From contig JAKMXF010000221.1 of NCBI GenBank assembly GCA_024704765.1, positions 635,763 to 699,762 of the forward strand: a DNA stretch of 64,000 nucleotides. Reading direction: 5' to 3'. This stretch comes from Oopsacas minuta. Lineage: Eukaryota; Animalia; Porifera. Under the pieces are notes generated by a model, which saw nothing but the letters and a program-made list of their open reading frames with translations, was not told the DNA's origin and did not search any database. Positions 46,490 to 59,177 of this stretch are shown here, in pieces. Each line of letters starts with the position of its first letter. The stretch's first letter is position 1. The position numbers and the translations under genes were made by a program.

Positions 46490-49400
46490 ATGGGACTGAG
46501 CAAATGTTTGAGAGTTCTAAGATCAATTTCTGGTAGTAAAATATCAACTTTAGTCAACAACAAATCTGGTATGTAAATACAAATAACATATTAACCTATT
46601 GGAACTAATGATGCATATATTGTTATAGGTTCCAGTTGTCTTCTGTTTGAGAATAATCAGCTGCTGGAATTGAATCAATCTGAGTTCTCCAATAGAAAGA
46701 GAGAGTTGGGATATTTACCAGAATTAGACGCGTATGCTATTATTGGAATTCTCAACACTTTTATTGGTTAGAAATTATATTAATTAGATTAGAATGTGTA
46801 AATATGTTATCTGGAGGTGTCAGGTGTACTCCTTGTACCCCTGGGGACATGTTCTTAAGACAGATCTCCTCCCCCTATTAATATACACCCATATAATCCA
46901 CACTAATATAATTACACTAACAAAGCATTGGATATGATTTGCTACTCTTTCAAAAGCTTGTTAGAGACTATTCTCTAAGAATGTCGTAGAGAGTAAATCT
47001 ATAGTACTCGTGGGTGCGAGTGAGTAGTCTTGCTTCCTCTCAATACGAGTTGTATATTATACCTAACTACCTGTTTGTCCTCTGGAATGCAGCTATAAGG
47101 GCGAGTATAATCCAAGTGTGACAACACCACCTGAATTATATTTTAAATTCCTGTTTAGTTGCTGTGGAAACACAGTCATATTTCTCCTCTAGTACCCCAT
47201 GCATGGAGCTACTCTACTGCATGTCACCTCTCCTTAATTAATCATATTACCCTAAAGTATATCATATGAGATGCCTCATATATAGCTGAGCTATATTATA
47301 ATACAGGTTTTGCAATACAAACCCCCTTACCCTCATTCGAAAAGCTGGTTTTCATTAACCCGAAAAATGACCTTTCTCGAAGATAGCAAATCTAATACAC
47401 AAACCTGTACTATAGTTATTTGGTATCATATTGAGTAGCCATATGTCCTTATGATTAATTAACCTTACTACTGTAATTAGAAATTGAGTTCAACAATTCA
47501 TTATTTTCCGTTATTAAGTCATGTTTGTAAACATCATTGTATTATGAAAATGTTAGTAAATAGTTTATACGCTTTATTGTATAGTCAGTTAATAATTATT
47601 ACTACAAAGCATTGCGTAATTTTCAGTTATAATAATAGAATATGTTAACGACTACTGTATTAACTATAGGCGGATCTAGGGTGTGGGGGCAAGGGGAGCA
47701 GGTGTTCCTTGTACCCAAAAAATCATTTCTAAGATTGTACACAATTCATATGTTTGATTTGCTATAATATATTATAAACAGGAAGTATTCTATTCTTAGA
47801 ATTTTCTCCACTGCCTATAGGTGTAAATGTCCTATTCTGGCTTCCTGGGGGTCCTGACTCCCAAGGTCTGAGATCTTGGCATCCGCGACCGTGCCTCTGC
47901 CTATTTTACCCATCTAAACCCTAAAATTTGATTGGGCGAGAACTCTGTCACAACAGCCAAATTTTCTATTTGTGTGAATGTTTCACACCTCTAATATTCA
48001 TTCAGAAGTTACATTCAAATCGCTAAATTGTCAATAAACAAAGTATATTTATCGATGATAAGAGTACAATTACGGGGTCTATTGGGTTCATAGCTCTTAG
48101 CATTGCCTGTTCCTCTAAATTACAAAAATAAATTTCTTATTGCTCAAAATGATTTTTCTATTTTCCAGCTTTAATACTTTATTACAATTACTGATGACGT
48201 CATTAATTCATTATTTCTATATTTATTTGCCAAATTATTTATTATATATCTTCCCTGACAACCATATGTACTATAGGAATGATGTGAATAATATTATTCA
48301 TATGTAATTACAATTTGTTACTAAGAATACACAAATATTTCAGTTTGTTAATAATTGTTGATAATTTCTAATTTCTGCTTCTAAATTTTCTTTTTTCGAT
48401 TGCAGGTCTCTTTTCAAATCGTTGAGAACTCTCATCTCGTCATTTATTTTTCTGTCATAAAGGACTGATCGGATTTTGTTGATCTCGGCGTAGTCTCTAA
48501 TTTTCATTTTTCTTCTTTGTTGTTTGATTACTTTAATTTGATTTCTGTCGAAGTTTTTCATTTTCAAAACTGTGTTTAGATATTTTATTGGCATTTCCTT
48601 TATGTGATTCTCTCTTAGATTCAAATATTTCGGACTAACTAGCAAATCTTCTTGATTAGTGCTATAAGGCTGGAATGTATACGCAAGTTCTTCGTAGTTC
48701 ATATTTGGTTCAATCAGTTCTCCGTAGTTTTGCATTTTGAATATTAGCAATGTTCTGTGTTTAGATTTTTATTTATTTTATAGTTTTGTTATTTTTGCGT
48801 GTATATATACATTTGAAATAAAAGACACCTCGTGGCGCCCGAAGGTCATGGGAATTTATTATTAGAATCCCTCTGAATTTTTCGTTTTCACTTAATATCT
48901 TATTTTCAATTCAAACTCAATCTCATTTATGGAGAATTTTTAATATTGAAAGTATAATAAATGCTAATGGCTAATGTATTCCAGATATAACAGTATTACC
49001 ATTTTAGGATACTTTACCTTCTATAAATTCCCTGAAATAATATCACACACTGAAATAAATCTGCTAGAATTCCTGCAACTTTATGTAATGGCTATTAAAT
49101 ATTCATATTTTCACACCTGACCTCGATCCCATATTTTATAATTATTCATAATTATATTCTTATCATTGGGAATTATTAATATTATTCCTGTCCTCCTCTC
49201 CCAGATATATCGGGGGATAATATCTAGCTGGGAAGAGTCATGTTTTCATAAACAAATTTATTGTTATTGTTATTATTATTATTATTATTGTTTAGAGGGT
49301 GATACAAAAGATACAATAAAGACTTACAGTTATCTTGTGTTAGTAAAAGAATGCCAAAGAGTAGCAGTCCTTAAAAATACAGAAATATATGTAATTACTT

Positions 49401-52400
49401 CTGTTCATTTAATCGCTCTTACAGAAGATGTTACCCCTGAGATTGCTAATAGTGTCAAGAGACTATTGTCACTTAAAGTAAGCAAATAACAACAAATTTA
49501 CTAATTAGCAAGTTTATCATTGACTTAGAGTCCATTTTGCATTAGAATTAATTGCTTACAGATATATTATTGTATTCATTCACTTTTCTGAATTATAGTT
49601 CCATTTACATGTCAATCGAGTACGAATTACAGCTGATTATATTATATTCATTAAGGAAGATATATTTGGAATTTTGAGATTATTCTAGCTATCATATGTT
49701 ATTCGATTATTTGTTTACATGTTTGTTTACTTTTAGGTGTTCTACTTCACGTGGTCTCCCTCCCCTGCAGACAGATGGGACCTGTCTAGACCCTCCTCTA
49801 AACAGACCTCTGTACCAATCTCCTCTGATCCAACTTTTGTATGGAATAACTATTTGAAGACGCCTTTTAATCAGTTCGGAATATCGACATCTGATTGGTT
49901 GGTGGAGCTGGTGTGTGGATTCGTGGAAGATAGGATTGTATACTCGGGTTCAGACCAGGTAGATTGTGAGTATGTTGTTGTTAGTATTTACTGTATCCTA
50001 ACCAACATATTTCATCTGATTATACACATTTCTATACGTAAGGGATATTCTATCTGGCATTGTAGTGCTTTCAGGTGTTACCAATTCTAAGATTGTAATT
50101 TGTTCTACTAATTAGCGTCCCGCTGGGATTATTTTTGAATAATCTGGAAGGAAAAATTTTATTTTATTTTGTTTAGAATTGCAATCTTTTGTGATTTATT
50201 GATTGTTTGTATTTTCAATATTTGCAATAGCTATTGCTAACATATTAATTTGTTGTTGTTGTTGTTGTTGACATTATTTCGGTATTCAGGTCCGTTGTTG
50301 TTTAATAACACGTCTGAGCTGCAGCAGGGCAGGTGCTAGATTATCCACACGGGGAATTGACACAGAAGGGAGAGTAGCAGTGTTTGCGGAGACCGAACAG
50401 ATAATCTCTATACATGAGGAGGGAATACTTGCCTCTTACACTCAAGTATGTTACAGCTGTTACTATTCTCTGGATTTCTAATTTGTATGAAATAATCAGA
50501 AATATTAATTATTTCCATAGGTAAGAGGATCAGTACCTCTCTTCTGGGAGCAGAGGAGCTATCAGGCAGAGCAACACAGGATTAGTTTTACTAGAAGATT
50601 CCATTGTACTACTCCTGCATTCCTGAGACATTTCAATTACCTTACTCGTCGCTATGGTAGAATTTTAATCTTGGATTTGTTAGGTAAATTTTGTTTGTTT
50701 GTTTGTCTTACAGTAGAGTTTATTGTTTACATAATTTGTGTACTTTGAGGTGTTTTCACTAATTTTGAGTGGAATTCTTATTTCCAAATTTATCTTTTAT
50801 CATTTTCTACTTAAAATCCTAAAATTAGAATTCTCTCATACTTATTGAGTTACAATCTTAGCTATCACTTCTGTGTATTGAATACTTTCAATAAACTAAT
50901 AAACTCTTAAAGGCTCAAATTACTCACAAATAATACAGAAACTAAAACTTTTACATATTTCCTTATTTGGTAATTCAAGGGAATATTCAGTTAATATTTT
51001 ACTAGAATTACTGTTAGATTAGTTAATGCGTGATGTTAACTTCCTCGCATGTATCTTACCTACAACTATAACATAGGGTCGTGAACCAGGTGTCTCATAC
51101 ACCCTTGTGTATGTACTATATGCTCATGATCATATCTGTTGTTATTTATTAATAATTCATCATATTTGATAACTCGTGTACTGCTTGTGAGCTGTAAAAT
51201 GGTAGAGTCTATCCTGGCGCTCAAGTTACCTACACATCTTCATCAGGGGGTCTTAAAATCATTTTGTTACTACACATCTCCTCTATAATCCGAACAGCAC
51301 TGTTATTGTATGAATTTGTTGTTGTTTTATTTACATATTTGTTTACAGGAATTAGAGAATCAGAATTCCAATTAAAAACAGAATTCAAACAACATTTAAA
51401 GTCAAACTCTGATTTGAAAGAATCCGTAAAATATGTGAATTTTGATTTCTTAGAACTTTGTAAAGGAGGAAAGAGAGACAAACTAGATGTGCTCTGGAAT
51501 TCTGACCTGTTAAATTTTGTACAAGCTACCAGCTGTTATTTTGAGAGGATTAATCAGCTCAATCAGCTGATGGTTGTATCTGGACAGTCTGGGGTAGTTA
51601 GGACCAATTGCTTTGATTGTTTAGACCGGACTAATGCTCTACAGACCTACATAGGTGACGAAATATACATAATCATAATTTATTTGTGTAATTAAATAGC
51701 GATACTTCTGTCTAGGACTGAAGATGGCTCAAGCAATGACTGATCTAATACTTAAGGACATACGAGTAGATTCTGATAGGACAAATATGTCTCAATGGGA
51801 GGGGAGGATAGAGGAGACATTTGCCTCCCTCTGGCATCACAATGGTAATAATTTGTCTCGTCTATTCACTGGTACAACAGCCTTGCACTCCTCTCACACT
51901 AAAAGTAAGCTGTCAGATAAAGGGGCCTCTGTAGCCAGGTTTGTGAATGCTAGTCTGCTGGAAGGACTCATGCAGGAAGGATTTGCATTACTACTGGGAC
52001 AATCTACTTTTGGAATTAAGAGTATTCTAACGGGAAATACACTGCTAGGTAATAGTACTACCATTATGTATAAGGACCATGGATTATCTGGCAATTAATA
52101 AGATTAATATTCATCGTTGTCACCTTCTCTAATTTTGTTGGTTATAAGAACATCATTAGTAGTAGCAATACATATTCTATAACTGGTATAAATAGACAGG
52201 AATATACGAGAACCGTTTTCCAGAGGATGATTCTTATATCCGGCATACACTGTACTTCTAAACATAGGTGTCAGAATATGATACTCATATATTACTATTA
52301 CAGATAAGAACAGCATCAGGGAGCCTGTAGTAATCCTCCAATCTCTATCCTCCAATTCTGATAATGTAACAATAAGGAATACAGAATTTACTATAGGAGT

Positions 52401-55400
52401 TGCTACATATAATGTTAACGGAGGTAAGCATACCAGAAGCTATTTAGATAAAGCTAACTCTCTGAGCGAATGGATTAATATTCCTGGCCTCAATCCTCCT
52501 GATCTGTTTGCTATTGGTATGTTATACATTCCTAGGGTGTAACCTAGCAACCAGTTTATGATATAATATTTAAGGTTTTGAAGAGTTGGTAGAAATTACA
52601 ACAAAGAATTTAATTAGTACATCCTCGTCACACATGAAGACATGGGAACAAGAACTAACTGCTGTCCTCTCCCAGAGACACCCGTACTATCTCCTAACAG
52701 CTGAGCAACTGGTTGGCACCTGTCTGTACCTATTTATTAAACAGGAACTAGTCGAGTTAGTGTCGGATTGTGACGTATGTGTTGTAAAGACAGGAATGTC
52801 TGGTAAGGCTGGGAACAAAGGCTCTATTGCTGTTTATGTGCAAATAAATGCTACAAAATATAGTTTCATTTGTTCACACTTCGCTGCTCATCAGGATAAG
52901 GTTATAGAGAGGAATGCTGATTATATAGAAGCATGTAAGAAGATAGAGTATACGTCACGATATGGATCTATCTCTATTGAGGATATGGACTATGTATTTT
53001 GGTGTGGAGACTTCAATTATAGGATTGATATGCCAAGGGAACAGGTGAGTAACTAGATATAAGGGACACTTTTTGAAAGGGCTTCTCGTCCCTGAGATAT
53101 ATGGATCAGGAGTTCCCCACCTTCTTCACCTGTTGAGTCCTGCTGTCTTCCGTGACTACCGAGGAGGCAATTCAATAATACCCACAGGTTGTAATCTAAT
53201 CAGCTGTTTAATTATTGTTCAGGTTCATACTCATATACAAAACAAGAATTTCTCAGAACTCCTTAAGGCCGATCAGCTGATTACCCAAATCTATGATGGT
53301 TGTGTATTTCACGGATTTACAGAAGGGACTATTGATTTCTGTCCAACCTTCAAGTACGATGTATTTACTGACCGATATGATACAAGTTCTAAACAGAGAA
53401 TCCCCGCTTGGACAGACAGGGTGTTATGGAGGTGTAATCGGAACTATAGCCTAGAGGATAAGGTGTCACGTTACAAATTCCTAGAACTAAAGAAACGCAC
53501 CAAAGGAATGTTTATCCTAGGGGAAGCTGATCCTGTTATTAACACCAGCTGGAGTACCGGGACTTGTCTGTACTACGGGAGGTCAGAACTCAAAGCTTCT
53601 GACCACAGACCTGTAGTAGCTTATATAAAGTGTGATAATATTAGGGTGATTAATCGCATTCCTTAGGTATCCATGACAACCATTTATCGGCTTATTATGT
53701 TATAGGTAGAGGAAGATAAGTTGTTGGAATGTGTGACGTCACTGACATCAGATCTGGGACCAATAGATAAGACAGTCCTGCTGGAGATAGATCCCAGTAA
53801 ATCAGCTGATTGCAGGATTCATATTGACACTATTATTGCGTTTATTAGTGGAATAGGAAAGATATCATTAATTAAGGTAGGATGAGGTGTTAACTAATAA
53901 ATAATCATATTATAGAGGTGTTATGTGTGTATATAGGTGTTAGATGATTACTCTATACTTGTTAGAATGTGTGAATTTAATCACACCTCTAGACTACTGA
54001 GTCTAAATGGTTGTCAGATAGACGGTAAGTTTATAAGAATATCAGCTGAGGGTTCTTGGAGGTGTCTGGTGGATAATATTGGTAGGAAATTTATGAGTTA
54101 TAACAACGAGATTATTAGTCCTGAAGCAAAGGTGTGTGTAACTAATATTTTAACACCTTGTAATTCTTAATATTATTTATTCTAACAGCATAACTATGTG
54201 GGACTGGAGTCTCTCCCCCTAGCTGGTGTTCCTATGCTTAACCTTCCTCTTAAGAGATCTATAGTCACCAGCAATAAGTCTCCTGTACCTGTCAGACATA
54301 GAACAGCGGATAATATTGCTGCAGCTGATTCTGTGCTGGAACAGCTGGAAATGAATGACGTAGTTAATCTAGAAGTTCCATTAGTTCCGGTTTCAGTTCC
54401 TGATAAACCCTCAAAGCCTATTAGACCAAAGAAGCCCATAAGACCTATATCAATGTATCCTAACCAATCAGATTGTGAGACTGACATTCCTAGCGTCAAA
54501 AAGGTATCCAAGGGAACTACATACTTAACTCAGTCGCTTAACTTGGTTTGTTTGTTTCCATATTATAACACCGTATAGACAGTTCCATATTACATTTTTC
54601 TGTTAGGAATCGTGTGTGACTAAACCCTCTCGTCCTCCTCGTCCCTCTGAGCTGTCTCCTCAACCAATCAGACGTGTCTCACCGGAACCAACACCTCATC
54701 CTAGATCCAAAACTATATCAGCGATTAGGCCAGTCAACAGACCTCGAGCATATACAGACCAGAAATCAACCAATCAGAATCCAGTTTTACACTCTCTAGC
54801 TTCTATAGAGGATACACTAACTGCTGCATTGAATAAGGTTGTAAATAATTGTTGTTATTTACCTGTTTTTTGTTGTTATTTACTTGTTTATTTGTTTATT
54901 ATTAGAGTTCATCTCTCCAATATTCAGATTCAGATTCAGAAGAGTCTAATAACTCAAATGAGGAAATAAACAATAAAATACATAATACAGGTCAGTAATG
55001 GAACATTCCTATCTATCCTTATTGTATCCATGGTCCTAATTATATTATCCGATTAGATCCTCCTCAACCAGTAACAGCTGATAACAATACGGAAGAAATA
55101 TATGCTACTGTCACTAAAGTAGGTGTATAACATATGTTATATTTGTTACACCTATTAATTAGTTCTATTTATAGCCAGCACCTCCTAGCAGGACTGATAA
55201 ATCAGCTGTTAGGAAGAATTCCCCGCCTATTTACCCGGATGCTTTACCAATCAGCTCATCCACTGGTAAGTACAGGATACCCTAGTGATAGCTGGTCCTC
55301 TTTGGTATGTCTGATATTATATTATTTCTATTCGTATTTAGAAAGTAAGAACTCTCCTCAACCTGTAACAAAAGCAAGGGTGCAACCTGTCCCTCCTAAG

Positions 55401-55457
55401 AGGTACACCCCCTCACCTACTCCTAGACCCAACAGACTCCCTCCTAGAGACACCTAA
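46490..55457 (+). CDS. SYNJ1: Synaptojanin (Sac1 + inositol 5-phosphatase + proline-rich tail), ~20 exons
   Basis: First exons 46490..46568 and 46629..46766 (MGLSKCLRV...CLLFE...LDAYAIIG, cf. MAFSKGFRI...CLMFE...LDAYGLLG), then 49296..49477, 49737..49958, 50290..50445, 50521..50683, 51349..51654, 51716..52048, 52304..52516, 52575..53044, 53223..53645 and further exons. Motifs VRGSVPLFWEQ, RTNCFDCLDRTN, FWCGDFNYRI, PAWTDRVLW, SDHRPV. Confidence 0.92.
47669..47888. mobile_element. Possible short non-autonomous element with GGCGGATC...CATCCGC ends, in synaptojanin intron 2
   Basis: GC-rich imperfect inverted ends in an otherwise AT-rich intron; target-site duplication not established. Confidence 0.3.
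48340..48735 (-). CDS. Maf-like bZIP with a degenerate basic region, nested antisense in synaptojanin intron 2
   Basis: Maf extended-homology-like segment (IKEMPIKYLNTVL...QIKVIKQQRRKMKIRDYA) plus leucine heptads; ATG at 48735. Confidence 0.75.
   Translation of the reverse strand: MQNYGELIEPNMNYEELAYTFQPYSTNQEDLLVSPKYLNLRENHIKEMPIKYLNTVLKMKNFDRNQIKVIKQQRRKMKIRDYAEINKIRSVLYDRKINDEMRVLNDLKRDLQSKKENLEAEIRNYQQLLTN
52135..52253. mobile_element. MITE family 1, diverged copy in a synaptojanin intron
   Basis: Aligns along its length with 61792..61914 and shares GAGAACCGTTTTCCAGAGGATG exactly with 2939..2960 (reverse complement). Confidence 0.65.
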
Positions 55458-55761
55458 CCTATCATATGCATGTGATATCTCTTCACACCTTTAGCTGTAT
55501 ATATATTTTAATGCATTAAGCTAGATTGAATAAATTGTCGCTTTTATGTGTTATGATTTGATATTCACATATTTTAATTCATTTCCCATCAAAGAGAGGT
55601 GTGAAATTAATCATATTATTGACACCTCACGGGACCACACCCTGATGACCTGTTTGTTTACTTATTAGGTTAACATATAGTATCATAAATGTAAACACAA
55701 ACAAATTAACAAATGTCAATAACATATCTTAAGCAAATAGGTAATAGTCAGTAATTCAAAA

Positions 55762-58203
55762 CTAATCTATCTTAATGAGAGAGTAGATTTTCCTTACAAA
55801 CAGGAGGGTAGATATGTACCCCACTGCTCCTGTAAACAGTCCCACTAGCATAGTAAACACCATCGTGTACCCGAAGAACAGGACCAGATTAGTGACACCA
55901 GCTATCGATAGTTTAGTGACGTAGAAATAGAAGGAATAACCTAGCACGTATAGGCCTACTGAGGATGAGTTTATAAACGCCCGCCATTGCCAGCTGTAAT
56001 TCTCTGAGCACAGATGGAAATAAGCCAGTAGGATTGTGTTGAGACAGCAGATGAGTAGCAGCAGTAGAAAAACTATAAATAGGAATCCGAACATGTAGTA
56101 GGTGGCGTGTCCCCAGATAGAGTTTAAAATGAAAAACATTTGTAGGAAAATGCACCCAAATGGCAAACCCCCTCCCACCAGGATTCCGAACGCACACTTA
56201 GAAAAGAATGTCTGCTGGGGGATAGCTCTGGGGATCTTGTTGACACGGACAGGGAAAGATATTTCTGCTTGTTTGAATCCTACCATACCTCCTAAATGAA
56301 CAATAATACAAACAGTAAACAAATAAATAACAAGTAACAAATATACTGTATTTACCTAGGAAGTTGAGGGGGGCAGATACACCTAACCACAAACAGAGCA
56401 GAGATAGTAGTGTCAGGAATGGAATAGCAGCTGATGAGCCATATAGCCAGAATACTAAGTTCAAACAAAATATTATTCCAAACACAATTCCTGGAAGTAA
56501 CAGGGCTGAAACAGAGAGACACATCTTCCATTTAACACCTCCAAATGTCTTGTATAATCTAGCTGATGTATATCCTGATGCCATACCTACAAGATATGTC
56601 CATATATGGTAATAGGAACTATAAGTGTTAATTAATATATTATATACCTAACAGGATGTAAGTAACGATCAGAGTAATGATGAGATATCCCCGGTTAGCG
56701 GGGGATAAGAATCCAAGACAGGCGGTCACTAGTGTAAACAGAGCCATGAGTACAATCTGTAATCCGTTACCTACGAAAACGGACAGTAGCAGACTATTAT
56801 GAGGAGACCTGAATACGTCACCGTGTACTAGCTTCCATCCGTATTCGTCCTGTATGTCATCTAGGAGAGTACTGTCTTTATTGTAGCGAGCTAAATCTCT
56901 ACGGAGAGCTCTGATAAGAATTACAGCAACCAAACCTAAGATGATACAAAGGCGATTATCTCTCCTTAGTAATCATACCTATTCACGTTGCTATGGAGTA
57001 CCTGATAGGAATGCGGCTATAACAACAGAGTTGACTAGTGACAGCCATTGTATGTGAGATTGTCTTGTGGTAGATCCCAATAGGTAGTCCCACCTAGATG
57101 CCCATCGTGTAGTAGCCTTTATAAACACTACACTATATGTGTACTGGATACTCAGGCTGCCGAACTGAAGTAAATAACAACAAATAACTATACTATATAC
57201 CTGTGTATTAATAATGTCAATAACAACAAATATATCTACCTTCTTCATCTCGGTCTCACTGGTCGGGAGCCTTAGGTGAGCTGAATCTATTTTACATTCC
57301 TTTAGCGGGTCTTTGCAACTCAGGGGGAATAAATTAACCTACATAACAACGATAAGAGTAGAAGGGTATGCATATATGCTTACGTAACATACTTTTACTA
57401 TTCGTTTACCGCTAGTAAGAATACCATTAGACTCATCGTTATAGAATACAGATATAGCTATATGATTATAGAGGTAGACATCTCCTGCCTCACTGTTGAA
57501 TAGACAACTACCTACATGGTTACGGAGATGAATATATGGAATGTGTGTACACTGGATATCGCTCATAAGAACATATTTGCTACTCCCAAGGGTGTTCTTA
57601 TAAGCGATAATCATATAAATATAATTGGAATTATAAATAGAACTAACTTATACTCTCAGACTCATGGTAACATCCTAGAGGGAAGTTCTTGATACACAGC
57701 TGATTGCCATCTTTATCATCTCTCCCGTCACATAGAGTTATAGGGAGATTGTCCGCTACCCACTGATGGAGGTAATGCTCCTGGATACCCTGTACCAAGA
57801 AAGATAGCTCAGGCGTCCAATCAGAATACGTCTTTTTACATTCCTGAGTTATAGGCTTATCTTTACCGAAAGGAATTTCTAACTTCAAAGCATGGAGACG
57901 AGTACCAAACAGGACCTGACAAAATATGATAAATAAATTATAGAATTTAGGCGGGTAAATAGTTGTCACCTGTCCTAGATTCTCAGAACTGGAGATGGTA
58001 GGGTCGGTAGGACAGAAATCAAATGAAGTATAATCATAAGAGAGAATAGATTTAGCGGAGTCAAGCTTGTTAGCAAATATTGTAAGTTTTGTTTGACAGG
58101 TCTCTCCGTCACCTCTCTCCTCACAGAAATTAGTAGGGGCTAGTCCCGGGAGGTAGAAGCACAGACAGGGGGATAGGATTGTAAGGAGGATTAACACCCT
58201 CAT
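55762..58203 (-). CDS. TM9SF2: Transmembrane 9 superfamily member 2, multi-exon
   Basis: ATG at 58203; [72 protein letters not shown]-terminal IKID. Confidence 0.93.
57550..57608. mobile_element. MITE family 1, internally deleted hairpin copy in a TM9SF2 intron
   Basis: TA-CACTGGATATCGCTCATAAGAAC...GTTCTTATAAGCGATA; matches 61801..61842 in reverse complement. Confidence 0.65.
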
Positions 58204-58626
58204 TGATAGGCTACTAGTAGTAATGTAAAGTGAAATGGAGAAGTAGAAATAACTAAACCTATATTTCGTAACCATGGTATAAAACGAATAAGGAGAGGTA
58301 ATAATTGACACCATGGATGTAGACTTATATTACTTATGATTAGCGTCTATGAGCCACACTGCACAATGTACTAGTAGTGTGTTATAACATTTGAGGAGAC
58401 TACCAATTTGATTGTGTCATTTTCACACCTTTGTGTAGTGTGAAATTTGATTACATTTTCCAGTAAACAAATGTAAGCTCTAATAATTTTTGATACATTA
58501 ATTCCAGCCAAATTGAATTCTGATTTCTGTTGCTATTCGTTTGCAACCTGTAACCAAATTTGCTATGCACAATATCACAGCTTCCACCATAATATGCGTC
58601 ATCAAATATATTGCTGGAGGGAAGTA

Positions 58627-58695
58627 CAGTGGAACCTGCATAAACCGGAACAATTTTCATGTCCCAACGAGTGTCGGTTTATTCAGGTTCCATTG
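58627..58695. mobile_element. 69-bp MITE (pogo/Tigger-type ends) with TA target-site duplication
   Basis: TA|CAGTGGAACCTGCATAAACCG...CGGTTTATTCAGGTTCCATTG|TA: 21-bp TIRs with 2 mismatches. Confidence 0.85.
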
Positions 58696-58902
58696 TATAG
58701 CAAGCTAGCTTGCTGGTTAGGAAGATACTGTATTTATTAGCTGATAGTTACCAGCAATTCAAATAAAGAATTGATTTAATATTTTGCTGAGAACAAACTT
58801 TGTAATTCTGACTTGTTAGAAATTAGGAAATTAGTTTGAATTAATTAATGATTACTGTTTCTACCTCACAGACTTAATGATTACAATTATCTACGCAGTA
58901 AA

Positions 58903-58942
58903 TATACGTATTCTATGAATAATTATTCATAGAATACGTATA
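58903..58942. repeat. Perfect 40-bp spacerless palindrome
   Basis: TATACGTATTCTATGAATAA followed directly by TTATTCATAGAATACGTATA. Confidence 0.95.
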
Positions 58943-59177
58943 AATATGGATTTCCTTATAATTAATTTGTTATTATTTACTGAGGATAGAACCAATTCTA
59001 GCAGGATTCCTATTAAATTCATCGAAATTTTTGTCTGTTATTAAGCTGTTATAGCACATACGTCATCAAATAACACCTAGTTATAAATATACATATTTCG
59101 TCACGTGATTGTTTGTTACTAGTTTGTTGTTTTCATTTATTGTTTACAAATGTTATGTGTCTAATTGCTAGCTAGTA

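Noticed and set aside
46489-46575. Minus-strand LLLTKVD resembling a GTPase G4 motif
   Set aside because: It is the antisense of synaptojanin exon 1, which has strong plus-strand splice sites and homology.
52091-52303. Possible non-canonical GC-AG intron in synaptojanin
   Set aside because: A canonical phase-1 donor (CTAG|GTAATA) at 52049 joins the same acceptor in frame, so no GC donor is needed.
58451-58740. Two short overlapping ORFs upstream of TM9SF2
   Set aside because: They overlap a MITE, have no domain signal and are probably non-coding.
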